A stretch of 64,000 bases of DNA. It comes from an uncultured Desulfatitalea sp. GTDB taxonomy: Bacteria; Desulfobacterota; Desulfobacteria; Desulfobacterales; Desulfosarcinaceae. The stretch spans positions 2,528,001 through 2,592,000 of the forward strand of contig CAXXMB010000002.1 of assembly GCA_963668675.2 (NCBI GenBank), given 5' to 3'. Of the stretch, positions 61,198 through 64,000 are shown in pieces. How positions within the stretch are numbered: position 1 is the first letter of the stretch; every line of letters starts with the position of its first letter. Under the pieces are notes generated by a model, which did not search any database, was not told the origin of the DNA, and saw nothing but the letters and a program-made list of their open reading frames with translations. The translations under genes and the position numbers were made by a program.

Positions 61198-61288
61198 TAC
61201 AATGTCTTATGTGCTGGCACCCTATTACATAAGATGCAGCGCATACATCAAAACCGCGATTTCGGACGGCTAAAGAAAGGAGTCCAAC

Positions 61289-61438
61289 ATGCTTTGGACC
61301 ATATTTGTAGTTCTTTTAGTTCTGTGGGCACTGGGATTGTTAACCGGCTACACGATGGGCGGCGTCATTCATGCCCTGCTGGTAATCGCCATCATCGTGG
61401 TGCTGGTACAGGTTTTTCAAGGGCGAAGACACGCGTAA
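61289..61438 (+). CDS. lmo0937-family small membrane protein (49 aa, absent from ORF track)
   Basis: MLWTIFVVLLVLWALGLLTGYTMGGVIHALLVIAIIVVLVQVFQGRRHA; AAGGAG SD. Confidence 0.85.
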   Translation: MLWTIFVVLLVLWALGLLTGYTMGGVIHALLVIAIIVVLVQVFQGRRHA

Positions 61439-61613
61439 CCCTCTGGACCTTCGTCAGACAAAGCGAAGTATTCACAAAAAAGGAGTAACTGCTATGAAAA
61501 AGAGAAGTGGGCTTATTGGCTCTCTCCAAGAGATTCATATCGGGAGGTGAAAGACTTGGTAGGAGCTCCGGGGGGTATGCTATTATGATAACTGATGAAG
61601 AAAAGGAGGAACC

Positions 61614-61823
61614 ATGATTCTTAAAAAATTAATCGCAATGATCATTCTAAGTTTTTCCATATTTGCATTTACCGCATGTGATTCCAAAGGGCCTGCGGAA
61701 AAAGCCGGTGAAAAAATTGATCAGACCATGGAAAAAGCGTCCGATAAAGCCAAGGAGGCAACCGATGCTGTAAAGGATAAAGCCGAAGAAGTCGGAGAAG
61801 CGGTCAAAAAGACAACTCAGTGA
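61614..61823 (+). CDS. Small helical stress-type lipoprotein
   Basis: FTAC lipobox; GPAEKAGEKID motif; AGGAGG SD. Confidence 0.8.
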   Translation: MILKKLIAMIILSFSIFAFTACDSKGPAEKAGEKIDQTMEKASDKAKEATDAVKDKAEEVGEAVKKTTQ

Positions 61824-61895
61824 AACTAAGCTTTCGGGAGAATGAATCATGTTTTTTAAGGAGCCTGTAGTTAGCTTTATAAAAGGGGAATCAAA

Positions 61896-62543
61896 ATGAA
61901 ACCATCATATCTATCGATTGTATTTATCTTTGGAATGCTCATCACAGCCGTTATAAGCATCATAAACTGTTCTACGACGGGCATTCAACGCTCAAGAGAA
62001 GCAACAACAACGATGACAGCTATGGACAACGGGATAAAACTGCTTGTCGTTCAGCTGGATGCCACCGGGGCGTCTCTTAATGAACTTACAAAACCAGATA
62101 ACTCGGATGTGGAGAAGGCTTTCTATTTATTTAAGGACAATGTTTCAAAAATTGAAAATATGGAGAAGGACTTCGCCAAACACGCCGATGAAATGAATGC
62201 TCGGGGCAAGGACTATTTCGAAGAATGGGAAAAGGAAGGCGACAATTATAAAAACCCCCGTATACAGGCATTAAGTGACGAGCGACGCAGCAAACTCGTC
62301 GGAATATATGGAGATATAGCCACAACCAGCATAGGGGTGAGGGACCATTTCAAAACTTATGTGTCCGATCTTAAAGAAATTGAGAAATACCTTTCGAACG
62401 ACTTGACACCAAAAGGCATCGAGTCCATTGCACCGATATCCGGGAAAGTCGTTCATGACGGAGGCAAACTGAAATCTGAAATCCAGGACATTCAAATAGC
62501 GATACAAAAGGTAAGAATTGAAATGTCTCAAACGGCCAATTAA
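61896..62543 (+). CDS. Helical lipoprotein, DUF2959-like
   Basis: Signal peptide ending IINC; YFEEWEKE and YLSNDLTPKG motifs. Confidence 0.65.
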   Translation: MKPSYLSIVFIFGMLITAVISIINCSTTGIQRSREATTTMTAMDNGIKLLVVQLDATGASLNELTKPDNSDVEKAFYLFKDNVSKIENMEKDFAKHADEMNARGKDYFEEWEKEGDNYKNPRIQALSDERRSKLVGIYGDIATTSIGVRDHFKTYVSDLKEIEKYLSNDLTPKGIESIAPISGKVVHDGGKLKSEIQDIQIAIQKVRIEMSQTAN

Positions 62544-62783
62544 AATCTAAACCGCGTGTGAAAGAGAGCACAAGATACGCAAAAAATGTTGCTACAAAAG
62601 TGCCTGTTGAGCCAATGAGTAGATTCACTGCAAATAGACCTCTTCGAACAACCAGGAAAAAAGAGGGAGCACCGAGGCCAAAGGATCCACCAAAGGTAGG
62701 GGGCTTCCCTACCTCTCCACCACCCCCCGTTGATTGCGGCTGATAGCTCCAAAAGCGGCTGACAGTGTAAAGGGCAAGCAGCG

Positions 62784-63053
62784 CTACGCGCTGTCGACTT
62801 CGTCGACCTTTGACACCGCCGCTTTTTCCGCTATTTGATCAGCCACAACGGGGGATGGCTCCGAAGGCAGGGAAGGCGAGCGCCCTTTTTTCTTAAAAAT
62901 TCTGTAACCCAATGAAAAACATACAGCCGCTAACGGTCGATGTGTCATTCCTAAAGTTTCAGCTTTGTTTCGGAATGCATTAACAAATTCAGTGGGTATC
63001 GCCGTGATAATTTCCTTATTTTTCAACACCTTAATCTCTTTCCATAGTTCCAT
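62784..63053 (-). CDS. Hypothetical protein (possible ribbon-helix-helix DNA binder)
   Basis: 89-aa ORF; IITAIP.EF...FR.KAE.LGMT pattern. Confidence 0.45.
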   Translation of the reverse strand: MELWKEIKVLKNKEIITAIPTEFVNAFRNKAETLGMTHRPLAAVCFSLGYRIFKKKGRSPSLPSEPSPVVADQIAEKAAVSKVDEVDSA

Positions 63054-63273
63054 GTTCAGGCGGATAAAAAACGGTATTTCTTGGCCTGGAGTACATCCCT
63101 CCTCTTTGCCTGTGATAAAGAAGGTCTGACTTTTTCCATCCCTTTAATACAAGCTCCTCGATAAGCTCATCTGTTAAAGGTTCTGTGCCTTCACCAAGAA
63201 AAAGCTGCCTGGTCGATTTTCGAAGAGGCATGTTCCATTTCTTTTGTAGTCTGCCTGGGAATCTCTTTGTCAT
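63031..63273 (-). CDS. Hypothetical protein
   Basis: 80-aa ORF with AAGGAG SD. Confidence 0.55.
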   Translation of the reverse strand: MTKRFPGRLQKKWNMPLRKSTRQLFLGEGTEPLTDELIEELVLKGWKKSDLLYHRQRGGMYSRPRNTVFYPPEHGTMERD

Positions 63274-63413
63274 TTCAAATCTCCTTTTTAAGGTTGATAG
63301 GCGATGCTTTTAGGACAAATCCTCAAGCAAGGCCCGCAAACAAAAAAAAGGCCCACAATGGCAAGATGCCTTTGTGAGCCTTTCAATATATTGATTTTTT
63401 TATAGTTTTTTAC

Positions 63414-63461
<48 letters not shown>

Positions 63462-63637
63462 AAATCTATTAATTTTCACCTCATTTCAGATCATCTCAAA
63501 TATAACGAAAAATATTGACAATACGATATAAAAAACCTAATAATCATTGCATATTCTTTCACATGATTTCACCTTTATTTAGGCCCATCTGGCCCCCTAA
63601 GTGGCCCCCCTGGAAATCTAATAGGAGGTAATAATTC

Positions 63638-64000
63638 ATGACACTTACAGATTTTCAGGTCAAAAAGTTGGTGCCCAAATCCCGGCGATACGAGGTTTTC
63701 GATGGTAATAGGGGTTTATATATTCGTGTTCTGCCATCCGGGGTGAAGACGTGGATGTACCGCTATTCTTTTGATGGATTACGCCGCCGGATGTCTTTTG
63801 GTCAGTACCCGGGCATATCTCTCGCACAGGCACGCGGGAAATACTCAGAGGCGCTTCAGAACTTGCAGAACGGGGTAGATCCGGGGGCGAAACAGCGTGA
63901 GGCAAGGGCAAAACGAAAAGCTGCACCAATAGTCCAAGAACTGTTGGATGAGTTTTGGGAGGAAGAGCTTTCAAAGACTCCATCCGGAAAAGAGCGAAAA
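63638..64000 (+). CDS. P4-like tyrosine integrase, N-terminal arm-binding domain (runs off the window)
   Basis: AGGAGG SD; MTLTDFQVKKL.P....YEVFDG.RGLYIRV.PSG.KTW.YRY...G..RRMSFGQYP.ISLAQAR. Confidence 0.9.
   Translation, partial: MTLTDFQVKKLVPKSRRYEVFDGNRGLYIRVLPSGVKTWMYRYSFDGLRRRMSFGQYPGISLAQARGKYSEALQNLQNGVDPGAKQREARAKRKAAPIVQELLDEFWEEELSKTPSGKERK

Noticed and set aside
61494..61550. 18-codon ORF MKKRSGLIGSLQEIHIGR with a good SD
   Set aside because: Too short to support; may be the remnant of a deleted gene

Overview
A GC-rich bacterial window whose gene content suggests a Desulfobacterota (Desulfobacterales-like) anaerobe; this taxonomic call is inference. About 1-40 kb is mostly housekeeping: biotin carboxyltransferase with sucCD, hypAB, nifUS, amrB, Moco genes moeA/moaA/mobA/mobB, lnt, prfB with its programmed +1 frameshift, thiD, nadK, an Mla-like ABC set, pstCASB-phoU, two tandem methyltransferases and a MarR/MhqO-like/WrbA quinone-stress operon. 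This stretch also carries several REP/MITE-like repeats, a C10 protease gene and a pilin-like/HD-GYP locus. About 40-59.5 kb holds zntB, mscS and an atypical sigma54 activator. Next to the activator is the best candidate novel system: a small secreted protein, a divergent fold-II PLP enzyme, DUF1611, a PP-loop (QueC/MurL-like)-creatininase fusion and an enolase-family epimerase. A convergent operon (small protein, dksA-like, HU) shares the same upstream palindrome pair and a sigma54-type promoter. Then come speD-speE-ODC and a MoxR-DUF58-transglutaminase triad. About 59.5-64 kb is AT-richer island material: IS21 and IS1595 remnants, small stress genes, a tRNA-Pro 3' fragment (att site) and the 5' part of a P4-like integrase. 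All family calls come from motif recognition by eye; no searches were run.
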